NCBI GenBank assembly: GCA_016719815.1
Contig: JADJYK010000007.1
Coordinates: forward strand, 54,399 to 118,398
From: Chitinophagaceae bacterium
GTDB taxonomy: Bacteria; Bacteroidota; Bacteroidia; Chitinophagales; Chitinophagaceae
DNA: 64,000 bases
Direction of reading: 5' to 3'
Part shown: positions 10,510 through 20,056 of the stretch, piece by piece
Layout: every line of letters begins with the position of its first letter
Numbering within the stretch: position 1 is the first letter of the stretch
The notes under the pieces: generated by a model
The model's input: the letters and a program-made list of their open reading frames with translations, nothing else
Told to the model about the DNA's origin: nothing
Database searches by the model: none
Program-made: the position numbers and the translations under genes

Positions 10510-10956
10510 CTACTTCTTTTCTTCTTTACCAGCAAGAATATCATTGATGATATTTGACTGCTCCAGTTCTTCAATATCACTCAACTCCAGTTCAATGGCA
10601 TGAGTGCTCTGCATAATTTCCGCCAGAGAAATTAATAAAGATGAGAGCAGGCTCAGCAAGCTAAAAGCAAAAACATACTTGGCTGCTTCATCCATCTCCG
10701 CATAAATAAGGTACATACTAATTACACAGCAAACAAAACTAAGCACCCCAAGCCCTTGCATGTAACGTATCAGGTTTATCCGGCGACGAAGGCTTTTTAT
10801 TTGTATCAGCAGCGTTCTTTCTTTGTGACCATTAATATACTCATCATGCAAATGCCTTACCAGGTTTGCCAATGCCAAAAAACGGTTAGTGTATGCTAAA
10901 AGCAACAAGCTGATGGCCGGGAAAAGCAGCGCAGGAGTGTTAAAGCTTATTTCCAT
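10510..10956 (-). CDS. DUF2721-family membrane protein
   Basis: PALLFPAISLLLLAYTNRF motif and several hydrophobic helices. Confidence 0.8.
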   Translation of the reverse strand: MEISFNTPALLFPAISLLLLAYTNRFLALANLVRHLHDEYINGHKERTLLIQIKSLRRRINLIRYMQGLGVLSFVCCVISMYLIYAEMDEAAKYVFAFSLLSLLSSLLISLAEIMQSTHAIELELSDIEELEQSNIINDILAGKEEKK

Positions 10957-10985
10957 CCCCGCAAGGTAATAAATAAATAAAACTG

Positions 10986-13394
10986 TTACTTCATCCTGAA
11001 CTCCAGAGGTATGTTCAACTTTAGCGAAAAATTCCGACCTGGATTAAAAACACCTGCTCTGTTCGTTAGCAGGTTTGTGGCAGTGTATTTTAACCTGCTC
11101 AGATGACTTTGCCATGCATTATCTGTAATGTTCAATACTGCAAAGTGAACACTAAACATTGTTTTCCTTTTACTATTTAATACATCAGCACCGAGTCCTG
11201 CATTCAGCAAGATATAAGCCGGCGTTGCCGTCTCAGTATCAAAGCCGGAGAAATAATTATTTTGCCTGAAAGTATTATCAGCAGTAAGTTTTAGATACAG
11301 TTGCTTAATTCTTTTTCCTGCTTTTTTAAAATCGCCCCGCAGTTCGCCAATCCACCTGGGGGCAGGGATCATCGGAAGATTATCACTGTCTGTGATGTTG
11401 CCATCAATTTTTTTGTCAAAGCTGCCACGAACAAAAGAAAAGCTGTTTTCAAAATGCAGCCAGTCTAGTGGATGAGGGTGAAAATCCAAAAAAATTTCCA
11501 GCCCATATAATTTAGCGCTGTTCTGGTTAAACTGAAAAGCAGTTATCGCTTCTCCATCTACATTCACCAGCGAGTCACCGCCAAAAGCAGATTCCAGTTT
11601 GCGATAGAAAATAAAATCGTTAATCCTGTTGTAAAAAGCTGAAATGGCAATATTCAGGTGATCGTAATTAATATCCATACCTCCATCAAACTGCAAACTT
11701 GTCTCTGATTTCAAATCAAGAGTACCATACTCATACCTGCTGGTTCCTTCATGTGTACCATTACTGGATAATTCGGCCAATGATGGTGCTCTGAAACCAC
11801 GGGCAATATTTGCCTTGAGAATCAAAGCATCAGCCGCTTCATAACTTATTCCAATGCTGCCGGAGAAGTTTGAAAAAGACTTTCTGAATGCAGAAAATTT
11901 AATATTCCCGCCTTCCTGAAATTCCTTTCCCTTAACAGCTCTGTTATCAAACCGGATACCACCGCTGAGTGTAGCTTTCTTAAAATAACGGTGCGTATAT
12001 ACAAATAGCCCAGCATCAAATAAGTTATACTCCGGAATCAGCGTTTCCTGGCCTTTATTCTTATTTGCCTGGGTCATTCCATTAACACCAATAGTAGTAT
12101 GCCATTCCTTTGTTTCAGGTAAATGCCACTGAAGATTATAATTAATCGTTCTCAAATCGAAAAACAATTCCTCTTCAGATGGATCTTCGGCATTACCAAA
12201 CTCTTTACGAATATTTGATTGATAACCCATATTCAGTTTCAGCCTGCTTTTCCGAATAACAAAGTTGTTGTCTGAAACAAGCTTTGTGTGCTGAACCCTC
12301 TGCTTTGGTGTAAATATTTTCCTTTCACTTAAATCTTCATCTGTTGCTATTCTTTCCAAAGGTGTACCGGCAAAAAGGATGAACTTACCGGTTGCATCTT
12401 CACGGTCGCCTTCTACCATTCCCAGTTTCTGGTTAAAACGGCTGAGTATTAAGTGTGAATAGCCCCAGCTTTTGTTAATTCCAACATAGCCTCCAAAATT
12501 TTTCTCATTGAACCTGGAGTTCAATACACGGCCATCATATTTATTCTTATAATCACCGGCTGACTTAAAAGTGCCATAAGCACTCCAGTTAAAACCATTC
12601 TCATTCCCAGCTATGCCTGCATTCGTTGCAAACATTCCGCCATTAGTTTGATAGCTTGTCAATAAGTTCCCTTTTATCAATCCCTGTGCCACCGGCACAT
12701 TTGTAATAAAGTTTACCACTCCGGCCAGCGCATCACTGCCGTACATTAAAGAGGCAGGGCCTTTCAGGATTTCCACTTTTGATACGCTTAACTCGTCTAT
12801 TTCAATTCCATGTTCATCGCCCCATTGTTGTCCTTCCTGGCGAACGCCATCGTTGACCGTTACAACCCTGTTGTATCCGAGTCCCCTGATTATTGGTTTA
12901 GAAACTGATTGTCCAGATGATATTTGTGATACACCCGGCACTTTGCTCAATGCATCAATGAGGTTAGCAGACGGTGATTGCAGCATTACGTTCTTCTTAA
13001 TCACAGAAAGCGGAACCGGATTTTTTTTCATATTCAAAGGCCCAGAAACACCCGTTACAATCACCTCCTGATTTTCAATGATAATATGAGAAAGAGAAAA
13101 GTCCTTTTTCAAACTGGCAGCTATTTCTATATGCTCCACCAGTGTACCGTAACCTGTGTATGAAATTTCAATAACATGGTGACCAGCCGATATACCCGTC
13201 AGCTTGTAATTACCCTGCTCGTCGGCCACAGCCATGTTCTTATCGTCGGTACAGTAAATAGTAGCTCCCGGCAGAGGCTCTCCCGTTTTACTATCCATAA
13301 TTATTCCATGGAGACTATACCCTTGCTGTCCCGTTACTATCAAAGGAAAAAGTATAAAAAAACAAAGAATTATTGATTTAACAATTTGTAACAT
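10986..13394 (-). CDS. TonB-dependent receptor with carboxypeptidase-regulatory-like N-domain, probably metal uptake
   Basis: Signal peptide after ATG at 13394, GEPLPGA N-domain, plug motif KPIIRGLGYNRV, EILKGPASLMYGSDALAGVVN, His motifs GDEHGIEID and NGTHEGT, C-terminal PGRNFSLKLNIP. Confidence 0.92.
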   Translation of the reverse strand: MLQIVKSIILCFFILFPLIVTGQQGYSLHGIIMDSKTGEPLPGATIYCTDDKNMAVADEQGNYKLTGISAGHHVIEISYTGYGTLVEHIEIAASLKKDFSLSHIIIENQEVIVTGVSGPLNMKKNPVPLSVIKKNVMLQSPSANLIDALSKVPGVSQISSGQSVSKPIIRGLGYNRVVTVNDGVRQEGQQWGDEHGIEIDELSVSKVEILKGPASLMYGSDALAGVVNFITNVPVAQGLIKGNLLTSYQTNGGMFATNAGIAGNENGFNWSAYGTFKSAGDYKNKYDGRVLNSRFNEKNFGGYVGINKSWGYSHLILSRFNQKLGMVEGDREDATGKFILFAGTPLERIATDEDLSERKIFTPKQRVQHTKLVSDNNFVIRKSRLKLNMGYQSNIRKEFGNAEDPSEEELFFDLRTINYNLQWHLPETKEWHTTIGVNGMTQANKNKGQETLIPEYNLFDAGLFVYTHRYFKKATLSGGIRFDNRAVKGKEFQEGGNIKFSAFRKSFSNFSGSIGISYEAADALILKANIARGFRAPSLAELSSNGTHEGTSRYEYGTLDLKSETSLQFDGGMDINYDHLNIAISAFYNRINDFIFYRKLESAFGGDSLVNVDGEAITAFQFNQNSAKLYGLEIFLDFHPHPLDWLHFENSFSFVRGSFDKKIDGNITDSDNLPMIPAPRWIGELRGDFKKAGKRIKQLYLKLTADNTFRQNNYFSGFDTETATPAYILLNAGLGADVLNSKRKTMFSVHFAVLNITDNAWQSHLSRLKYTATNLLTNRAGVFNPGRNFSLKLNIPLEFRMK

Positions 13395-13426
13395 CGTTGC
13401 AAATATAAATGCAACAATGTTACAAA
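13385..13426 (-). promoter_or_regulatory. -7 promoter box (TATATTTG, 13400-13407) flanked by two TGCAAC-N3-GTTGCA-like operator palindromes
   Basis: TGTAACatcGTTGCA (13387-13401) and TGCAACaatGTTACA (13410-13424). Together they form a 16/17 inverted repeat around an 8-nt spacer, and the first overlaps the start codon. Confidence 0.7.
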
Positions 13427-13591
13427 CAAAATTTTTCACTGGTGCAAACAATAAAAAATACTCACCGCACAGATACCAAAGCCGGCGCTTACGCAGTAAA
13501 TATCCCTGAAAAGCAGTCTTTCCATCATTATTAAACCAGGAAAGGTTTTGACTGTCTGAACATTAGTTTATATTAGCAAAACCCAACTGAA

Positions 13592-14173
13592 ATGTCTATG
13601 CTTCTAACAAGTCGTCTTCTCGTTTTTAGTTTCGCACTAACGATATTTTTTTCCTGCAGTAAAAATGATGAGCCTGCACCTGACCCTTGTAACGGGGTAA
13701 GCTATGATGTACAGTATTTTAAGACGGAGGCAGTTGGCAATTTGAACAACGGAAGTATCAGTATCAATTATCCGGTTGGTGACACCATTTCTTATCAATT
13801 GAACAGCGGCAGTTTTCAAACATCACCCAACTTTACCAATCTTTCTCCGGGCAATTATGTAGTTACCGTTAAAAATCAAAAAGGCTGTACCGATACTGCA
13901 CAAATATCTATTCTGAATTACGGACCAAAATATGCAGTAGTAAAACAATTGATTACCGGCTATTGCGGCCCCTGCCATTTAAACGGCGGTAACAGCGGAG
14001 GAAAAAATTTTGATACAGATGCCAGTATTATTTCCAGTTGGGACAGGATTAAAGCAAGGGCGGTTGATGGAACCCCATCCTTTATGCCGCAGGCCCCAAA
14101 CAGTCCCTTGTCGACTGTTGATAAACAAAAAATTACGGACTGGGTTAATGCAGGTCACCGGCAGAGTGATTGA
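13592..14173 (+). CDS. Lipoprotein with Ig/SprB-like domain and C-terminal monoheme c-type cytochrome domain
   Basis: Lipobox FFSC followed by SKNDE. NLSPGNYVVTVKNQKGC is a SprB-like beta pattern. CGPCH (CxxCH) at 13964-13978 with a distal MP as candidate Met ligand. Confidence 0.8.
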   Translation: MSMLLTSRLLVFSFALTIFFSCSKNDEPAPDPCNGVSYDVQYFKTEAVGNLNNGSISINYPVGDTISYQLNSGSFQTSPNFTNLSPGNYVVTVKNQKGCTDTAQISILNYGPKYAVVKQLITGYCGPCHLNGGNSGGKNFDTDASIISSWDRIKARAVDGTPSFMPQAPNSPLSTVDKQKITDWVNAGHRQSD

Positions 14174-14198
14174 GTATTTATGAGCAGAGAACACTTCT

Positions 14199-15794
14199 TT
14201 ATCTCACCTTCAGCATAGCCCTTACATGTTGTGCCACGCCATTTTGATAGCGGGCATAATATACACCTGTTGGCAGCGTTTCAGCATTAAATTCAATTAT
14301 GTAAGTTCCGGCAGTATGTTCTTTATCAACCAGGGTTTTTATTACTCTGCCCAGGGTATCCATAATTTGTATAAACACATGGCCACCTTCAGTTTTATAC
14401 TTGACAGTGGTTTTATTGGTAAACGGATTCTCGTAATTAGTAATCCATAAATCGCCAGATGAAGAAGGTGGCGGTGTAACACCTGAACAAACTCCTGCTT
14501 TTATCAGTGGCAAACTTTGCAGTTGCGCATTAATATTGGGAGGAAACAGCGATTCCACAATTGTTTTATCGAGGCAGAACCATTTTTCAAGTAACGTTGA
14601 ATAAATGCTTCTGAAATCATACTGCATCGGTACATTATCATTAACAGTTGGCGCAGCCGGTATTGTAGGGTTTACACCCAGCATACCAACGTCCACTGAC
14701 GATCCAAACAGGAACATAGGCGCAGCCGCACCATGGTCTGTACCCACACTTGAGTTTGATTTAATACGGCGGCCAAATTCACTGTATGTCATTCCTACTA
14801 CCCGGTTTTCGACATTCAAGAATTTCAAATCATCCTGAAAGGCTTTAATAGCATCAGAAACCCGTTGCAACAAAGTAGCATGTGTACCCGTTGTAGTATC
14901 GCTTGAATTTGCTTGCACTGAATGGTTATCAAAGCCGCCAAAACTTACCATATAAACTCTTGTCTTCAATCCGCCGGCAATCAGTCTTGCCACAATTTTT
15001 AAATGGTCGGCCAGCGAGTTACTTGCAGGATAAGTAACCTGTTGTGTCACGGAATTAGCAGCATTACGAATTACAGATGAGAATTTCTGAGTTTGCTGAT
15101 TTACCTGGCGAATGAATTTTAATTCTTTTCCAGCCGGTGTATTAGGCACCGGGTCGGTTGTGCCGTTTATTAAGTTATAGAAGTTAGTGGCACTCGTAAT
15201 ACTCATTCCCATATTTACAGATGGGCCCTGCGTAGTAAGTGTGGTAGTAGAACCTATCTGTATTGCCAGCGGGTCGGGCATGTCTGCGTTGGGATAACCA
15301 GTCGGGAAGTTAGGATATTCATAATTCAAGTATCGGCCTGCCCATCCGCTATATACTTCCTGGTTACTATTTGAGGCACTCATCCATATATCGGTTGCCC
15401 GGAAGTGAGAAAAATTGGGTTGCGGATAACCGACAGCCTGTATCAGCTTTGCCTTCCCTTCGGTAAACAATGTTTGCAGTCCTGTCATTGAAGGGTGCAA
15501 GCCTGTTCCCGATACTCCGGTAATCCCCAGAACCCTGTTTTCAGGAATGGCTATATTGGTTCTGGCATTATAATATTTCGAATAGTCTGCAATCGGTATA
15601 ACCATGTTCAATCCATCGTTACCACCAGACAACTGTACTATCACCAGCACATGGTCAGTTAAGGTGGTTCCCCGCATCAGTGCCTGTACCAGTGGCGAAC
15701 TGATGCTCATAGCTTTTACAGAGTACCCGCTTATCACTTCGGGCAGTATTACTGCCGCAGGAATTGCATTAAGTAAAAAATCTTTTCTGTTCAT
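14199..15794 (-). CDS. DUF1501-family protein with C-terminal T9SS type-A-like sorting domain
   Basis: MNRKDFL N-terminus, QLSGGNDGLN, SHF, GFDNH, SEFGRR, GTDHG motifs. The tail NYENPF...IMDTLGRVIKTL...LPTGVYYARY...LKVR resembles a T9SS CTD. Confidence 0.88.
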   Translation of the reverse strand: MNRKDFLLNAIPAAVILPEVISGYSVKAMSISSPLVQALMRGTTLTDHVLVIVQLSGGNDGLNMVIPIADYSKYYNARTNIAIPENRVLGITGVSGTGLHPSMTGLQTLFTEGKAKLIQAVGYPQPNFSHFRATDIWMSASNSNQEVYSGWAGRYLNYEYPNFPTGYPNADMPDPLAIQIGSTTTLTTQGPSVNMGMSITSATNFYNLINGTTDPVPNTPAGKELKFIRQVNQQTQKFSSVIRNAANSVTQQVTYPASNSLADHLKIVARLIAGGLKTRVYMVSFGGFDNHSVQANSSDTTTGTHATLLQRVSDAIKAFQDDLKFLNVENRVVGMTYSEFGRRIKSNSSVGTDHGAAAPMFLFGSSVDVGMLGVNPTIPAAPTVNDNVPMQYDFRSIYSTLLEKWFCLDKTIVESLFPPNINAQLQSLPLIKAGVCSGVTPPPSSSGDLWITNYENPFTNKTTVKYKTEGGHVFIQIMDTLGRVIKTLVDKEHTAGTYIIEFNAETLPTGVYYARYQNGVAQHVRAMLKVR

Positions 15795-15823
15795 ATTTCT
15801 CAATTAAAAATGATACAACGGTT

Positions 15824-17500
15824 TTAAGACAACTGGTATTCTGATAAATTAAAGAAGTACTGGAACAGCGATTTTAACCTGGTATTTACTGTATTGAAAT
15901 TGGGAGTAGTGGGATTAGATATGTAGGCAGACCATGCATTCGTCCAGTAATAATCCCATTGCTGCCCGGTGAGCAGTATCTGCGTTTTCATCTGTGCCTT
16001 CGATTGTACTGTCAAATCATTCCGGAAAAATATCCTTAGACACTCATCAATAAGATCATTTGGATTGGCCGGGTTAGTTAGTGTTTGTGCAAATGTCACA
16101 CAATTGAACTGTACCCTGAATCCATTGCGGCTGTATCCGCTGTTAATCATCGTATCGGTAAACTGGTTACGCTTTGGTAGCGAATCGGAGTTTATCCATA
16201 TTTCATGAAACGACGGCTCCTGGTAATAAGCAGGCATTCCGGATACGTTTGGCGGGTCATGCAGATTTTGACCCATATTCACCATCCATGAGTAGAATGT
16301 ATTCCACAAACCATAATTTGTATCATATTCAGCCTCGGGCCTGAACTGTATGTTCATCTCCCTGAGCGAACCAATAACATGATCAGCAGGCGTTTTGATA
16401 TAACATCCCCGGTTAAGTACATCATAAAAATGTTCGCTTTTGAACAAAGCTGTAAGTACGGGTTTTATCTCATAATTATTTGCCCTGAAAATATCAGCAA
16501 GCGGTGCAATTACATTCAACTCCGTGGCCGCATCAATACTATAATACACAAACCAGCGATAGAATTTCCGTATGATAAACTTGGCCACTTCCTGTTGTGT
16601 AAAAATCATGTTGAGAAGATCAGCCAGCTCTAAGTCGCCGGCAGTAGCCCCTGTACGACCGGTAATTAATGTATTATTAAAGAAGGAAGAAAACTGCTTA
16701 TTTGTTGTAGTATGTCTGTTTATATTAAATACCGCTGTGTAAGTTGCACCGTCAATTTGCCAGCCTGTTAACACTTTTGCTGCTTCTTTTACATCATTTT
16801 CTGTGTACTGGGAATCGGTACCTTTACCGAGCGTAAACAGCTCCATCAGCTCCCTTGCATAGTTTTCGTCGGGAGCATTTTTGTTATTCAGGTATCCATT
16901 CAGATAGCGCAGCATTGATATATCCTTCGTTATATCCCTGATCAGGTTCTTAAAATTTCCCAATGCATACTGACGAATCAGCATATGCTGCTTATAAGCC
17001 CAGTTACCATAACCTACTTCTGCCGTTTCGTTGCCAAAATGATCGATCCAAAACATAATTAATTTCTCACGGATACTTCTGTCCTGATTTATCAGTATCC
17101 CTGTCCACCATTTTTTATAGGATGACCTGCGCTGTGATTGTACTGTACCATCGCTGTTAATATCATTAATCCATGTAGTGCCCTGGGTAATGTTCCCATC
17201 GGCATTTACACCCGGAGTGGTGGAGGTTGCATATTCTTTTACCGGCGGATTGGGATCTGGTGCTGTGGGTGTCAGCAGTTCATCTACCGCCTGGCTCATG
17301 GTTCTTGTTCTGAAATAATCAATGTCTGGCTTTTTAGCGCCAAACATGATTCGCTTCAGGAGATGCGTCACCTCTTGTTCAGTCCAGGCACCTGTATAAG
17401 TGGCAATGCCTGATGTAGTACGATATGGTTTACCGGAAATATTATCTTCGTTATCCGCTGGCTTTTTTTTCCGAGCAGTAAGAAATTCTCTTCTGTCCAT
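15824..17500 (-). CDS. DUF1800-family protein
   Basis: HLLKRIMFG, REKLIMFWIDHF, MLRYLNG, DENYARELMELFTLG, PPNVSGMPAY, YQLS end. Directly upstream of DUF1501, the usual pairing. Confidence 0.9.
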   Translation of the reverse strand: MDRREFLTARKKKPADNEDNISGKPYRTTSGIATYTGAWTEQEVTHLLKRIMFGAKKPDIDYFRTRTMSQAVDELLTPTAPDPNPPVKEYATSTTPGVNADGNITQGTTWINDINSDGTVQSQRRSSYKKWWTGILINQDRSIREKLIMFWIDHFGNETAEVGYGNWAYKQHMLIRQYALGNFKNLIRDITKDISMLRYLNGYLNNKNAPDENYARELMELFTLGKGTDSQYTENDVKEAAKVLTGWQIDGATYTAVFNINRHTTTNKQFSSFFNNTLITGRTGATAGDLELADLLNMIFTQQEVAKFIIRKFYRWFVYYSIDAATELNVIAPLADIFRANNYEIKPVLTALFKSEHFYDVLNRGCYIKTPADHVIGSLREMNIQFRPEAEYDTNYGLWNTFYSWMVNMGQNLHDPPNVSGMPAYYQEPSFHEIWINSDSLPKRNQFTDTMINSGYSRNGFRVQFNCVTFAQTLTNPANPNDLIDECLRIFFRNDLTVQSKAQMKTQILLTGQQWDYYWTNAWSAYISNPTTPNFNTVNTRLKSLFQYFFNLSEYQLS

Positions 17501-17626
17501 AAGCTGATTTTATTCCTGCAACATTGAAAAAGCTTGCAGGCAGGTTTTTGTCAATTTGCTATGACATTAAATATACTATTTCGTTTAAAGATTTTTAACA
17601 AAATTTAAGCCGGATGGGGGAAAATG

Positions 17627-17657
17627 AAAAATAAAGGGCAGTTTTTCAACTGCCCTT
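17627..17657 (-). terminator. Intrinsic terminator of the thiolase gene
   Basis: 10-bp stem aagggcagtt/aactgccctt with 4-nt loop, followed on the minus strand by a T-rich tract. Confidence 0.75.
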
Positions 17658-17677
17658 CGTAGTTATCCGAATCTGTA

Positions 17678-18853
17678 TCAGAGATTTTCGATTATACCCG
17701 CTATCCCCTGACCTCCTCCGACACAGGCTGTTATCATGCCGTATTTCTTGTTCAGCCGTTTCAAATCATGCAGGTTTTGGATAGTTAGTTTGCAACCGGT
17801 GCAGCCCAATGGATGGCCAAGGGCGATGGCACCGCCGTTAATATTTACTTTCTCAGGGGCAAGTCCTGCTTCACGAATCACCGCTATGGATTGAGAAGCA
17901 AAAGCCTCATTCAGTTCAATCAAATCAATATCTGCAAGGTTAAGTCCTGTTTGTTTTAATACTTTTGGAATTGCAGCCACTGGGCCAATGCCCATAATGC
18001 GGGGATGAACAACCGCCACAGCACTGCTTACAAACCGGCCGATAGGCTTAAGCCCCAGTTCATTCATCATCTTTTCACCCATTACAATTACAAAAGCAGC
18101 GCCGTCAGATGTTTGTGAAGAGTTTCCTGCTGTAACCATACCGCCCTGTGCGAATGCTGGTTTCAGTTTCGACAATGCTTCTATTGAGGTATCAGCTCTT
18201 GGGCCTTCATCAGTATCAACAACATAATTTCTTTTTTGCTTTTTGCCTTTTACATCCAAATAAACTTCTTCCACGTTAATGGGAAGTATTCCGGGCTTAA
18301 AGTAACCATTTTGTATAGCCGCTATTGCTTTCTGATGAGAATGATAAGAAAACTCATCCTGTGCCTCACGGCTGATGTTATACTCTTTTGCGACTGCCTC
18401 TGCCGTAAGTCCCATTCCGAGGTAATAATCAGGATCGTCTTTTGCAATATTAAAGGAAGGAACTGTTTTCCAGCCGGCAGTTGGCACAAGGCTCATACTT
18501 TCCGTTCCGCCAGCAATGATACAATCGGCCATGCCTGTTCTTATTTTGGCAGTAGCTATAGCGATGGATTCTAACCCGCTGGCACAATACCTGTTGATGG
18601 TGATGCCCGGCACTTCAATACCCAGAGCTTTAGCAGAAATTAATCTGCCAAACTGCAGGCCCTGTTCGGCTTCGGGAACTGCGTTTCCCACAATCACATC
18701 ATCAACCTCACTTGCATTCAACTGTGGTACCGTTGCCATTAATCCTTTAATTACTTCTACGGCCAAATCATCAGGACGATAAAAGCGAAACCCTCCTCGT
18801 TTGGCTTTTGTGACTGCGGTTCTGAATCCGGCAATGATATAGGCGTCCTGCAT
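17678..18853 (-). CDS. fadA: Acetyl-CoA C-acyltransferase (3-ketoacyl-CoA thiolase)
   Basis: NRYCASG (catalytic Cys), [15 protein letters not shown] and CVGGGQG motifs. Confidence 0.93.
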   Translation of the reverse strand: MQDAYIIAGFRTAVTKAKRGGFRFYRPDDLAVEVIKGLMATVPQLNASEVDDVIVGNAVPEAEQGLQFGRLISAKALGIEVPGITINRYCASGLESIAIATAKIRTGMADCIIAGGTESMSLVPTAGWKTVPSFNIAKDDPDYYLGMGLTAEAVAKEYNISREAQDEFSYHSHQKAIAAIQNGYFKPGILPINVEEVYLDVKGKKQKRNYVVDTDEGPRADTSIEALSKLKPAFAQGGMVTAGNSSQTSDGAAFVIVMGEKMMNELGLKPIGRFVSSAVAVVHPRIMGIGPVAAIPKVLKQTGLNLADIDLIELNEAFASQSIAVIREAGLAPEKVNINGGAIALGHPLGCTGCKLTIQNLHDLKRLNKKYGMITACVGGGQGIAGIIENL

Positions 18854-18962
18854 TATTTTTTTTTTTTAAAGATTAGGCGAAAAGGTAGTTGTTTATGCAA
18901 CTTTCTAAATCAAAAAATAAAACAATCAGACTACAATCCAAAAACACAGAAAAAAGTTCGGC

Positions 18963-18970
18963 TATCTTTG
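18963..18970 (+). promoter_or_regulatory. Bacteroidota -7 promoter box for pyrD
   Basis: TATCTTTG matches TAnnTTTG and ends 6 nt before the ATG at 18977. Confidence 0.6.
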
Positions 18971-18976
18971 TTCATT

Positions 18977-20033
18977 ATGTATAAAATTCTAAGAAACTGC
19001 CTGTTTCTTTTTCCGCCAGAACCGGTTCACGGTTTTTCTATGGGTGCTCTACGATTATTATGCAGTATCGGCTTAACCAGAAAACTGGTAAGAAAACTAT
19101 TTACTCCCAAAACGCAAGCCGGGTATTCTTTGTACAATATCAATTTTCCGAATAAAGTTGGGCTTGCTGCCGGTTTTGATAAAAATGCAGAGTACCTGCG
19201 GGAACTGGAATGTCTTGGTTTTGGTTTTGTTGAAATCGGAACTGTTACTCCGCTGCCGCAGCCCGGAAACGATAAGCCCAGAGTTTTCCGATTGATAAAA
19301 GACAGGGCTCTGATTAACCGGATGGGATTTAATAATAAGGGAGTGAAAATTGTTGCTGAAAAATTGAAAGACTGGAAAGCAAAATACGAACTTAAAAAAG
19401 CGAGATACGATAAACCCCGGATGATTATTGGTGGTAACATTGGTAAAAACAAAGTCACACCAAACGAAGAGGCCTGGAAGGATTATGAAATTTGCTTCAG
19501 GGAGCTCCACCCATATGTTGATTATTTTGTAGTAAATGTAAGCAGCCCCAACACTCCGGGATTAAGAGAATTGCAGGAAAAAGATTCGCTGCGGAAAATT
19601 TTGTCGCACCTGCAAACAATAAATGCAGCTCAAACATACCCCAAGCCTTTGTTACTGAAAATTGCACCCGATTTGACCATTGAACAGACAAATGATGTTA
19701 TTGATTTAGCGTTGGAAATAAAACTAGACGGGCTTGTTGCAACTAACACAACCATAAGCCGTGAAGGGTTGAATCCGGATTCCGAAACCAAAAGCCGGGA
19801 AACCGGAGGTCTGAGTGGCAAACCTCTTCAACAAAAAGTACGGCAACTATAAAATACATAGCTGAGAGAACAAAAGGAAAAATTCCAATTATGGCAAGCG
19901 GCGGTATTTTTAACGGAGAAGATGCAGCTGAGAAACTGAATGCCGGTGCCTCTCTTGTACAAGTATGGACCGATTCATATATGAAGGTCCTGCTATAGCC
20001 AAAAAGATATGTAACACATTGAACAAACAATAA
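18977..20033 (+). CDS. pyrD: Quinone-dependent dihydroorotate dehydrogenase, two frameshifts (about 19833-19837 and 19972)
   Basis: GLAAGFDKNA, EIGTVTP, NRMGFNN, NVSSPNTPGLR, LKIAPD, TNTT, GGLSGKPL. After repair: ASGGIFNGEDA...LVQVWTGFIYEGP, stop at 20031-20033. Confidence 0.93.
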
Positions 20034-20056
20034 TCAACATTCAATTATTATAACAG

